IMG/VR virus record: IMGVR_UViG_3300020166_000747 | Origin: a virus | Strand: one strand, 5' to 3' | Length of the DNA: 64,000 nucleotides | Shown here: one piece after another, positions 19,482 to 28,315 of the stretch | Position numbering within the stretch: position 1 is the stretch's first letter | Layout: each line of letters starts with the position of its first letter | The notes under the pieces: model-generated | What the model was told of the DNA's origin: nothing | Seen by the model: the letters and a program-made list of their open reading frames with translations, nothing else | Database searches by the model: none | Program-made: the position numbers and the translations under genes

Positions 19482-20350
19482 AACTAAGATATTCAGAAGC
19501 ATTCTATTCACTACAAGGTGAAGGTATGTTTGTAGGAGTACCTAGTGTATTTCTGCGAACATTTGGTTGTAATCTACGTTGTCAAAATTTCGGACTAAAT
19601 AAAGATAGAGTTAAATCTAGATATAACCCAGAAGTAGAACAACTTATTAAGGATGGGGTGCATGAGACTACAAAACGATTTGAAGACTTACCTATTATAC
19701 ACACAGGATGCGACACATATGCTAGTATCTATCCTGAGTTCAAGCATCTAGTTCATGATTCAACTATTGATGAAGTAGTAGAGCATTTGCTTTCTTTGAC
19801 TCCTCAAGGTAAATGGACACAAGATGATGGACAAGATATCCATCTTATCCTTACAGGCGGCGAGCCGTTGTTAGCGTGGCAACGACTTTACGTAGAATTA
19901 TTCGAACACCCACGTATGGCGGATCTTAAAAATGTCACATTTGAAACAAACACTACACAACCTTTACACGATGAACTGTACAATTATCTCAACAATTCAG
20001 ACAGAATTACAGTCACATTTAGTTGTTCACCAAAACTCTCTGTTTCGGGCGAGTCTTGGGATGATGCTATCAAGCCTAACATTGCTAGTGAGTATTCCTG
20101 TGTTACTGATAGCAACATTTATTTTAAGTTCGTTGTTGCTAATCAAGACGATTTTGATGAAGTCGATAGGGCTGTTGATGCATACCGGGTTGCCGGGGTA
20201 CAATGTCCAATCTATCTTATGCCGTTGGGTGGACGCAGTGAAGAATATTCCCTCAATGTTAAAGACGTGGCGGAAGCCTGCATGTCGAGAGGATGGCGAT
20301 TCACTCCCCGACTCCACATCAGCTTATTCGGAAATGCCTGGGGGACTTAA
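19478..20350 (+). CDS. queE: 7-carboxy-7-deazaguanine synthase (radical SAM)
   Basis: EAFYSLQGEG, RTFGCNLRC...GCDT, LTGGEP, SPKL, RLH. Confidence 0.92.
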   Translation: MKLRYSEAFYSLQGEGMFVGVPSVFLRTFGCNLRCQNFGLNKDRVKSRYNPEVEQLIKDGVHETTKRFEDLPIIHTGCDTYASIYPEFKHLVHDSTIDEVVEHLLSLTPQGKWTQDDGQDIHLILTGGEPLLAWQRLYVELFEHPRMADLKNVTFETNTTQPLHDELYNYLNNSDRITVTFSCSPKLSVSGESWDDAIKPNIASEYSCVTDSNIYFKFVVANQDDFDEVDRAVDAYRVAGVQCPIYLMPLGGRSEEYSLNVKDVAEACMSRGWRFTPRLHISLFGNAWGT

Positions 20351-20419
20351 GGAGAACGAACAATTGCGCAAAGCGATGGAAGCGCCCATCAACTATGAAA
20401 AAATAAGGAAACAACTATA

Positions 20420-21502
20420 ATGAACCAAAACTATATTTTTACGAGCGAAAGTGTTAGTGACGGGCATCCTGATAAGGTCGCAGACCAAATTAGTGATGCT
20501 TTAGTTGATGCCGGGTTCAAGGCAGGCGATGAAACGACTCGTGTTGCTGTTGAAACACTTGTAACTACCAATCATGTAACATTGGCGGGCGAAGTAAAAA
20601 ACTTTAACGTTTCTAAAGAAGAAGTTAAAGAAATCGTGCGAAACAAGGTTAAAGAAATTGGTTATGAGCAAGAAGGGTTTCACTGGGATAACTTAAATAT
20701 CTATAATGAACTGCATGAACAGAGTGCAGATATTGCACTTGGCACAGATGACTTCGGTGCAGGAGATCAGGGCATTATGTTTGGTTATGCATGTAACGAC
20801 AATGATGCGTACCTTCCAGCACCTATCTATTATGCACATGAAGTGCTTAAAGAACTTAAAAGTCAAAGACAACATGTATTAGGTCCTGATGCAAAGTCAC
20901 AGGTTAGTGTACAATACGATGGTGGGCGTGTACAACGCATCGACCAAGTTGTTATTTCAACACAACATGGCGAAGGGCAAGTGGAGCAAGCAAGAAATAT
21001 TAGTAAACTTTCTGCAATGAATGTATTAGGAGATTTAATTGATAGCAATACTATATGGCATCTTAACCCTACTGGCAATTTTGTTATTGGTGGTCCTGAT
21101 GGTGACGCCGGAGTTACTGGGAGAAAGATTATTGTTGATACTTATGGGGGGTTTGCTCCTCATGGGGGTGGTGCTTTTAGTGGTAAAGATCCTACTAAGG
21201 TTGACAGGAGTGCAGCATACATGGCACGGTGGTTAGCAAAGAACGTAGTAGCAGATGAAATGGCAGACTGGTGTAACATTCAGCTATCATATGCTATTGG
21301 TGTAAAGCAACCAACAAGTATCTATGTCGAGTCAAATGGCTACAGCAAAAGTATTGAGAAGTTTATTCGTGACAATATCGATTTAAGTCCCAAGGGAATT
21401 ATTGATAGATTTGATATGTTTAACTTCTACAACTACAGTGAAAACTGTGTGTATGGCCACTTTGGCGACAAAGATGTACCGTGGGAAAAGATTGGCTGGT
21501 GA
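20420..21502 (+). CDS. metK: S-adenosylmethionine synthetase
   Basis: SESVSDGHPDK, GAGDQG, GGGAFSGKD. Confidence 0.98.
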   Translation: MNQNYIFTSESVSDGHPDKVADQISDALVDAGFKAGDETTRVAVETLVTTNHVTLAGEVKNFNVSKEEVKEIVRNKVKEIGYEQEGFHWDNLNIYNELHEQSADIALGTDDFGAGDQGIMFGYACNDNDAYLPAPIYYAHEVLKELKSQRQHVLGPDAKSQVSVQYDGGRVQRIDQVVISTQHGEGQVEQARNISKLSAMNVLGDLIDSNTIWHLNPTGNFVIGGPDGDAGVTGRKIIVDTYGGFAPHGGGAFSGKDPTKVDRSAAYMARWLAKNVVADEMADWCNIQLSYAIGVKQPTSIYVESNGYSKSIEKFIRDNIDLSPKGIIDRFDMFNFYNYSENCVYGHFGDKDVPWEKIGW

Positions 21503-21503
21503 T

Positions 21504-21845
21504 ATGAGTTTTTATAAAACTAACGAAGAACAAGAAGTTATTTCAATTGATGAATTTACCAACGAATGGTATGACAAGCAAGATTATATCTTTGTTGATA
21601 TCAGAGAAGAAAATGAAATTAAAGAAACGGGAGGCATTAAAAATGCCTTCCAAATTTCAATGTATGACATTCCAGAAAATATAGATATGGCGCCCACATA
21701 TATTATATGCATTCTTATATGCGATAACGGCGCAAGAGCAGAACAGGTTGCAAAGTATTTAAAGAACAATGACTATAACAACATGTTTGCAATTGAAGGT
21801 GGCACAGAAAAACTATTTGAAGCACTACCAGAATTGAAGGGGTAA
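21504..21845 (+). CDS. rhodanese-like domain protein
   Basis: VDIREENE, GGIKNA, ICDNGARA, IEGG. Confidence 0.85.
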   Translation: MSFYKTNEEQEVISIDEFTNEWYDKQDYIFVDIREENEIKETGGIKNAFQISMYDIPENIDMAPTYIICILICDNGARAEQVAKYLKNNDYNNMFAIEGGTEKLFEALPELKG

Positions 21846-21846
21846 T

Positions 21847-22314
21847 ATGATTAATATACTAAAACCAAAGACTTGGTTCATGACTGATGAAGAAATCAAA
21901 CGCAGTGACGCACGACAAATCACAGATGAAACAGAAATGGAATTACGTTTCTCTGAAATCGATTTAGAGTTTGGGAGGATCGCACAGGATGAACACGACA
22001 AAAAAGTAGCAACCTTAAATGGTGATCCGTATGTAAAAGTTCTTAATATTGATTTAGACGAAAACGCACCAGGTGCTGGCTTTTTTGAATTAGATTTCAA
22101 TGAACATTTTGTTGAGTATCTTGCTAACAGTGGATACGAAGGTGTAGAACCAGATGAAATCGTAGACAATTGGTTTAACGATTTGTGTAAAAATATCGTA
22201 CTGAATGATTTAGAAGATGAAGCAGGAGATCCTCGTAGCTTTGATGTAGCGAGTAAAGAAGGTCTAATCATTAATCGTTTAAAAACTGATAATGGCAATG
22301 CAGAATACTCTTGA
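21847..22314 (+). CDS. hypothetical phage protein
   Basis: Acidic 155-aa ORF in the operon. Confidence 0.7.
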   Translation: MINILKPKTWFMTDEEIKRSDARQITDETEMELRFSEIDLEFGRIAQDEHDKKVATLNGDPYVKVLNIDLDENAPGAGFFELDFNEHFVEYLANSGYEGVEPDEIVDNWFNDLCKNIVLNDLEDEAGDPRSFDVASKEGLIINRLKTDNGNAEYS

Positions 22315-22339
22315 CATTATAACACTTACAGTGTAAGAT
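22311..22339 (+). promoter_or_regulatory. sigma70-type promoter
   Basis: TTGACA-N17-TAAGAT. Confidence 0.6.
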
Positions 22340-22365
22340 AGAATCAAATTACAATAGAGGTTACA

Positions 22366-23367
22366 ATGGCTACATTCATTCTTGTTGACAGTTTCAACAT
22401 GTATCACAGAGCAAAGCACGTTGCAATGCGCGGCGCTGATATCGACATGAAAATCGGTATGGCATTTCATATTATGATGAACAGCGTCAAAATGTGTTAC
22501 CAAAAGTTTCAAGCGGACCATGCAGTGTTTTGTCTCGAAGGACGTTCATGGCGTAAAGATTTTTATACTCCATATAAAGCACAACGCAAAGTAGCACAAC
22601 AAGCTAAGTCCGTGCGCGAACAAGAAGAAGATGCAATCATGTTTGGTGCATATGATGACCTTGTTACATTCTTGCGTGAAAAGACTAACGTAACAATGTT
22701 GAGACATCAAGAAGCAGAAGCAGATGATATGATTGCTCTATTCATTGCATCGCACCCCAATGACCATCATATCATCGTAAGTAGTGATAGTGACTATCAG
22801 CAACTTATCTGTGATAACGTAACTATCTATGATGGTGTGCAGAACCGTATTATCACTAAAGATGGGTTCTTTAAAGATGATAAGAATATGACTCCTATCA
22901 AAGATAAGAAGACCAAAGAAGTGATGGGTGCTCCTGACCCTGAGTGGTTGTTGTTTGAAAAGTGCATTCGTGGTGACACAAGTGATAACATCTTTTCAGC
23001 ATATCCTGGTTGTCGTAAGAAAGGCACTAAGAATAAAGTCGGGATGATTGAAGCATTCGAAGACCGTAATACGGGCGGGTTTAGTTGGAATAACTTTATG
23101 CTACAGCGTTGGACAGACCATAACGGTGAAGAACATGTAGTCCGTGATATGTATGAACGCAATAAGACACTCATTGACTTGACTGAACAACCCACAGACT
23201 TGAAAGTAAAGTTCATTGAAACTATCGCAGAAGAAAGTACTCCAAAGCGTGTCAATGGTGTTGGTCTTAACTTCCTTAAATGGTGTGGGGTGTGGGATTT
23301 ACAGAACTTAGCTAAAGCTCCAGATGAAATGGCTGCCATTCTTAATAAGGCGTATCCGCATGATTAG
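22366..23367 (+). CDS. rnh: T4 RNase H-like 5'-3' exonuclease (FEN family)
   Basis: LVDSFN, SWRK...YKAQR, EADD, SSDSD, GDTSDNI. Confidence 0.9.
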   Translation: MATFILVDSFNMYHRAKHVAMRGADIDMKIGMAFHIMMNSVKMCYQKFQADHAVFCLEGRSWRKDFYTPYKAQRKVAQQAKSVREQEEDAIMFGAYDDLVTFLREKTNVTMLRHQEAEADDMIALFIASHPNDHHIIVSSDSDYQQLICDNVTIYDGVQNRIITKDGFFKDDKNMTPIKDKKTKEVMGAPDPEWLLFEKCIRGDTSDNIFSAYPGCRKKGTKNKVGMIEAFEDRNTGGFSWNNFMLQRWTDHNGEEHVVRDMYERNKTLIDLTEQPTDLKVKFIETIAEESTPKRVNGVGLNFLKWCGVWDLQNLAKAPDEMAAILNKAYPHD

Positions 23368-24076
23368 ATACATCTTTGATGTAGATGGTACGCTGACCCC
23401 TAGCAGAGGAGCGATTGATCCAAAATTTCTTCGCTTTATGTTAAAATTCTGCAAGGATAATTATGTATACCTCGCTACCGGTAGCGATGCACCAAAGACT
23501 ATTGAACAAGTCGGAGACATGCTGTTTAACAGTGTAACACGTTCTTATAACTGTAATGGTAATTCTGTGTGGGAGAAAGGGGTTAACGTACATAACAACC
23601 CTTGGAAGATACAGGTTCCAGCACACCAAACATTGAGATACTGGTTAGAGAATACACAGTTTCCGCATCTTACAGGCACTCATATCGAAGAACGTCCTGG
23701 CATGGTCAACTTCTCAATTGTAGGTCGAGGTGCCAATGCTGAACAACGTGCAGAATATGTAAAATGGGATAAGCAATATAATGAACGTGATAACATGGCA
23801 TTGTATATCAATTATAATGATGATGAATTTAAAGGGATAACTGCTACAGTCGGTGGTGAAACTGGCATCGACATTGCTCCAACTGGATCAGATAAAAGCC
23901 AAATACTTAAAGATTTTACAAAGTCTGATACAATTATATTCTTCGGTGATGCTATCTTTGATGGCGGAAATGATTATACAATTGCACAAGCAATTAAGAA
24001 AAAAGGTGTAGGCAGAGCCCATAAAGTATCTGGTTGGGAAGAAACTTACAAAATACTAACAGATGTATACAGTTGA
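23360..24076 (+). CDS. HAD-IIB phosphomannomutase-like protein
   Basis: FDVDGTLTPSR, IEERPGMVNFSIVGR, FFGD...GGND. Confidence 0.85.
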   Translation: MIRYIFDVDGTLTPSRGAIDPKFLRFMLKFCKDNYVYLATGSDAPKTIEQVGDMLFNSVTRSYNCNGNSVWEKGVNVHNNPWKIQVPAHQTLRYWLENTQFPHLTGTHIEERPGMVNFSIVGRGANAEQRAEYVKWDKQYNERDNMALYINYNDDEFKGITATVGGETGIDIAPTGSDKSQILKDFTKSDTIIFFGDAIFDGGNDYTIAQAIKKKGVGRAHKVSGWEETYKILTDVYS

Positions 24077-24554
24077 AATCGTAAAAGATAGATTTTGGAT
24101 CGTAGAAGATGCAGGAATAAAACTAGGTCTTATACGTAAGACTCAGTCTTCTGACTTTGAAGTTATCATGCAGGATGCTCTAGCTATAGAAACTCTACCA
24201 TTCGATGCCCTTACTTCAAAGTACGGAAGTAAAATACTAGAATCTAAACAAAACAAAAAGATTGAAAGCGTAGAATACGGCAAAGATATTGATGAAGTTA
24301 ATGGCGTTCCGGCCAAACACAAAGCGTTCAACAAGCAATCAGTTGTTATAGCAGAAAAAAATATTCCAACATATACTAAAACTGAGAAATCACAAGTTGT
24401 ATACGCTGCAGGATATTATGGATTAAAATTCCCAGAAGCAGGGTGGAAGAACGCATACTGTGTGAAACTAGAAACATTATATAACTACGTATTCATCGGT
24501 CCATTTAAATCCAAGACACAATTAGAAGCAGAGATCCACCGTGCAAACATTTAA
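24063..24554 (+). CDS. hypothetical phage protein
   Basis: 163-aa ORF in the operon. Confidence 0.7.
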   Translation: MYTVEIVKDRFWIVEDAGIKLGLIRKTQSSDFEVIMQDALAIETLPFDALTSKYGSKILESKQNKKIESVEYGKDIDEVNGVPAKHKAFNKQSVVIAEKNIPTYTKTEKSQVVYAAGYYGLKFPEAGWKNAYCVKLETLYNYVFIGPFKSKTQLEAEIHRANI

Positions 24555-24732
24555 AAATATAAAGAACTTTTTGGCAGTTGTTAATCGTGCTACACTCAAG
24601 GGAGAAAAGCACATTCGCATGACAACAGATGACGCAACAAAGCTACATACAGAGATTAGTTTACTGTTGCTAGAACTAAAAGAAAGTGAGCGACCCGCTC
24701 GTATAACAACATTAGACGGAGGAAATTTCTAA
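24541..24732 (+). CDS. hypothetical protein
   Basis: 63-aa ORF overlapping its neighbours. Confidence 0.55.
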   Translation: MQTFKNIKNFLAVVNRATLKGEKHIRMTTDDATKLHTEISLLLLELKESERPARITTLDGGNF

Positions 24733-25046
24733 TGCCAGACTTTAACGCAGTAATGATTATTGGACACTTTGTAGTAAGTGTATTCAACGTTCCACTAGGA
24801 CAACCATTGTATCAGTTTGTTCCATTTCCAAATATGGAAATCTGCCAGGAACATGTACAGTATCAAGTGACCCCACAAACAGGACATCAAATGAGTCTTG
24901 AATATAAAATGTATAAGAATGCACAGTGTGTAACACGTGAAGAATTTGAAGCGCAAATGAAGCTGAGACAGCAAGCACCGGTTCAACCACAAGATATCAT
25001 ACCAGATACTACGCCAGTCGTACCAAAAGGATGGGACACAAAATAA
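24732..25046 (+). CDS. hypothetical protein with hydrophobic N-terminus
   Basis: 104-aa ORF, two Cys. Confidence 0.6.
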   Translation: MPDFNAVMIIGHFVVSVFNVPLGQPLYQFVPFPNMEICQEHVQYQVTPQTGHQMSLEYKMYKNAQCVTREEFEAQMKLRQQAPVQPQDIIPDTTPVVPKGWDTK

Positions 25047-25048
25047 AA

Positions 25049-25056
25049 GATAAATA
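25049..25056 (+). promoter_or_regulatory. late promoter GATAAATA
   Basis: Intergenic motif. Confidence 0.6.
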
Positions 25057-25084
25057 CTAAGTAATAATAACTTAGGAAACAAGT

Positions 25085-25948
25085 ATGGCATTTTTTAAAA
25101 AGGTAGTAAACTTTATCACAGACGCAATTAAGTCAACATGGATTTATACAAAGCTAGTATATGTCATAAAACGCCCACTATTATTAGTTCTAGTACTACT
25201 AGTTGTAGGACTTTCTTACAATCAAGGACGTATATACTATGAGCAATATGCAGAAGAATACAAACGTCTAAATTCTGAAAAGAAGGAAGAGGCGGAAGAT
25301 ACATCTGATAATCTAGTGTTTACAAAAGTAGATGACTTTTTGTATATACTAACAGGTTCAGTAGGCGAGGGCGACTGTGATAGAATTTCTCCACAAATGC
25401 CATCAGATTTCACTCTTATTTTAGAAAGCCCAGGCGGCAATCTTGCAGAAGGTTCTTGTCTAGCGGCACATATCAAGCTAAGAAATGTTGTTACTGTTGT
25501 ACGTGATACTCCAGTAATGAATTCAGAAGGAAAAATAATCTATGCACCGGGCACAGTAGGTGCAGAGTTAGGAATTGACCATCTAAAAGATAAAGTAGTA
25601 TGCGCATCAGCATGTGGTTTACTATTTCTAGGTGGTGATAGACGATATCTTATGGGAGATGTTTGGTTCGGTATTCACGGTCCAGGAACTCCAGCAGAAT
25701 TTATCGGTAAAATGAATCCAATGCAAGCTGAATCCGGTGCATACCGTACTGCTTCTAACTTACTAGGGTTACTAGAACGACTGGGCGTTGAAGATCCAGA
25801 AGTTCGCAAACTATTTGTTCAGATCCCAAATCAAACGATGTATTGGTTAAAGCCAGATGGCATTGAGATTAAACCAAATCTTATCAAACTAGCTACTAAC
25901 TATGTAGATTTTTGGGGCTTAACAACGGCGACATTGGATCCAGTCTAA
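25085..25948 (+). CDS. membrane-anchored ClpP/crotonase-like protein
   Basis: N-terminal TM helix; ESPGG, CASAC, GIH motifs. Confidence 0.7.
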   Translation: MAFFKKVVNFITDAIKSTWIYTKLVYVIKRPLLLVLVLLVVGLSYNQGRIYYEQYAEEYKRLNSEKKEEAEDTSDNLVFTKVDDFLYILTGSVGEGDCDRISPQMPSDFTLILESPGGNLAEGSCLAAHIKLRNVVTVVRDTPVMNSEGKIIYAPGTVGAELGIDHLKDKVVCASACGLLFLGGDRRYLMGDVWFGIHGPGTPAEFIGKMNPMQAESGAYRTASNLLGLLERLGVEDPEVRKLFVQIPNQTMYWLKPDGIEIKPNLIKLATNYVDFWGLTTATLDPV

Positions 25949-25972
25949 GTCGCTCTAACGGAGGACTAAACA

Positions 25973-27007
25973 ATGCTAAAGAGTTTCTTTGCAACGTCCG
26001 ACCGTGCATTGTATGCTTGGCTAATGCTTGCTTGGCTTCTATTCATCGGTTGGTATAACGTACAAATTCTCGTATACTATAACGCATGGAACCGAGAGTT
26101 CTATGACGCAATACAAACACTACAAGAAGAAAGATTTTGGCAACTGTTCTGGAGCTTTGATCTAGCACGGTTCATTGATTTTTTAAATTTTAATATGGAT
26201 GAAACAACAACAGTACCAAGTTTCTTAGAAATCTTGCTTATCTATGTACCAATGGCAACATATGCTACGTGGCAAACACAAAGATATACATTTGCTTGGC
26301 GCGAAGCTAATACATACTACTATCTGCGCCGTTGGGAGGGTTCAACAGCACAGATTGAAGGTGGGTCACAACGTATCCAAGAAGACTTAATGATTTTCGG
26401 TAAGACTCTACAATCACTGTTCTCAGGATTTGTAAACAAGATTTTCATTCTAGCGGCTTTCATTCCAGTACTATGGACACTAAGTGAAGGACTGCCTATC
26501 TGGAACGGTCAGATTATTCCTGGCTTCTTAGTATGGGCGGCGCTAACAATGAGTATCGGTGGTACACTACTATCATTCTTACTAGGTATCAAACTACCAG
26601 GTCTAGAATATCGTAACCAAGTAGTCGAAGCTAAGTTTCGTAAGAAGCTAGTGTATTCAGAAGATGATTTTGCAGAACGTGCAACCGCAGACTTGTTCCC
26701 AATGTTTGCGAGTGTTAAACGCAATTACTATCGTCTATTCAACTATTACATGGGCTTTGGGATATGGCAAACAGGCTTCTCACTATTAGCTGGTAACGTT
26801 GCTATCATCGTACTAGCACCAAGCTACTTTGCTCAGTTAATCACATTCGGTGTTCTTATTCAGGTGCTTAACGCATTTGGTCGAGTAGAGGGCGCATTAA
26901 CATTCTTTATCGATAGATGGACGACAATCGTTGACTTTCAATCAGTTATCAAGCGTTTGAATGAATTCAACCGCGCACTTGATGAAGCTGATAAAGAATC
27001 AGCATAA
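25973..27007 (+). CDS. SbmA/BacA-like peptide transporter
   Basis: Multi-TM; IEGGSQRIQED, KLPGLEYRNQVVEAKFRKKLV. Confidence 0.88.
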   Translation: MLKSFFATSDRALYAWLMLAWLLFIGWYNVQILVYYNAWNREFYDAIQTLQEERFWQLFWSFDLARFIDFLNFNMDETTTVPSFLEILLIYVPMATYATWQTQRYTFAWREANTYYYLRRWEGSTAQIEGGSQRIQEDLMIFGKTLQSLFSGFVNKIFILAAFIPVLWTLSEGLPIWNGQIIPGFLVWAALTMSIGGTLLSFLLGIKLPGLEYRNQVVEAKFRKKLVYSEDDFAERATADLFPMFASVKRNYYRLFNYYMGFGIWQTGFSLLAGNVAIIVLAPSYFAQLITFGVLIQVLNAFGRVEGALTFFIDRWTTIVDFQSVIKRLNEFNRALDEADKESA

Positions 27008-27024
27008 CAACTTAATTATACATT

Positions 27025-27048
27025 GGGCGTCTTTAAAAGACGCCCTTT
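27025..27048 (+). terminator. hairpin terminator
   Basis: GGGCGTCTT-TAA-AAGACGCCC-TTT. Confidence 0.7.
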
Positions 27049-27122
27049 CCATCATTGTGACACTTTTCACACAAGCATATACTACAAAATACATTTATAT
27101 ACGTAGATAACTAGTCAAATTA

Positions 27123-27130
27123 GATAAATA
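27123..27130 (+). promoter_or_regulatory. late promoter GATAAATA
   Basis: Intergenic motif. Confidence 0.6.
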
Positions 27131-27168
27131 TACTTAACAATAGAGTACTTATTGAGGATGATACTAAT

Positions 27169-27459
27169 ATGGCAAGACCAAAGCCGACTATAATTCTAGA
27201 ACATACAGACAACAAGACATACCGCAGTGAGCAAGTACTCAAGGCAGATGCCGTCTATGCAGTGTTCTATAAAGGAGAGGCTATTAACTTACGTAGTCTA
27301 AATTCACTAGTTAACTTTCCGGGACCAAAGTATAAAAAATGCTCCTTCTCTAATCCTGGACATGCTATTAATTTGGCAGAACGTTTGAATGACCTATTCA
27401 AGTGTGACGATTTTGAAGTTTTCATTTTGACCAAGGGCGATAAACTAGAACCTACCTAA
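27169..27459 (+). CDS. hypothetical phage protein
   Basis: MARPKP...GPKYKKCSFSNPGHA ORF with GAGG SD. Confidence 0.75.
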   Translation: MARPKPTIILEHTDNKTYRSEQVLKADAVYAVFYKGEAINLRSLNSLVNFPGPKYKKCSFSNPGHAINLAERLNDLFKCDDFEVFILTKGDKLEPT

Positions 27460-27809
27460 TGAATAAACTAGAACTAATACAATATCTAAACGATAATACT
27501 AAAGGTAGGAAAGCCGGGCGTAAAGAATTTAAGATGAATGATATTTTCATTAGTTCAACTAGAAATTCAACCAACTTCCGTTTAACACGTTATGGTAAAG
27601 ATATAGTAGAAAAGCACTTTAGAGCATACAAAATTAATCTAACAACAAAGAATACAGAAGTAGGTTCAAAGATTATAGCAATTGATCGCTATATGAAGTC
27701 CCCATATTTCTTACATAACGCTACACTTGTAGTATACGAAGAAGGTGTGGCAGCAGAACTTTTACTATTAGATGGCGACTTCGATCTTTGGGTTGAAAAC
27801 AAAACTTGA
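27459..27809 (+). CDS. hypothetical protein
   Basis: Coupled ORF (TAATG overlap). Confidence 0.7.
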   Translation: MNKLELIQYLNDNTKGRKAGRKEFKMNDIFISSTRNSTNFRLTRYGKDIVEKHFRAYKINLTTKNTEVGSKIIAIDRYMKSPYFLHNATLVVYEEGVAAELLLLDGDFDLWVENKT

Positions 27810-27864
27810 CAAACTAAACGAATCATACTATAGTAATTAAGTAATCAAAGAGAGGAACTTAATT

Positions 27865-28002
27865 ATGTATACTGTTGAGTATCGTTACTACAATTTTCCT
27901 AGCAAAACAAAAGAATTCAAAACGTATGAAAGTGCGAAGAAATTCTTTTACTACATCAGCAAACAAAATGGTGTAAAAAAATCTGAATTGTCCGGTGCTT
28001 AA
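27865..28002 (+). CDS. small early protein (45 aa)
   Basis: MYTVEYRYYNFPSKTKEF...; own promoter and GAGG SD. Confidence 0.7.
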   Translation: MYTVEYRYYNFPSKTKEFKTYESAKKFFYYISKQNGVKKSELSGA

Positions 28003-28064
28003 AACTTGACAAATCAGCGAATCATGCTATATTAATTAAGTAATCAGAAGAAAGAGAGAATCAT

Positions 28065-28253
28065 ATGTTCGATAATTTTTACAACGATTTGGTCTCATGT
28101 GCATCTAATGCAGAGAATACAAACAGTGACGGTACCGTTAACTGGAACTTCGTTGATAGTGATATGTTCGAAAAGTATCAAGTTCTACTAGATGGCGAAA
28201 CATACTCTACATACTTCGATAAAGCCGCTGATATTGTTGAGAGTGCTGTTTAA
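28065..28253 (+). CDS. small early protein
   Basis: Own promoter module. Confidence 0.7.
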   Translation: MFDNFYNDLVSCASNAENTNSDGTVNWNFVDSDMFEKYQVLLDGETYSTYFDKAADIVESAV

Positions 28254-28315
28254 AAACTTGACAAATCTTGCGAATCACGCTATAGTATATAAGTAATCAA
28301 ACAAAGGAATACAAA

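Larger units (their letters stand above)
27801..28299 (+). repeat. three copies of a promoter module (at about 27801, 28001, 28253)
   Basis: AAAACTTGACAAA..CGAATCA-N3-TATA(G/T)T..TAAGTAATCA in each copy. Confidence 0.85.

Noticed and set aside
27801-28299. Regularly spaced repeats as a CRISPR array
   Set aside because: The repeats are degenerate promoters, the spacers are 200-250 nt ORFs, and no cas genes are present
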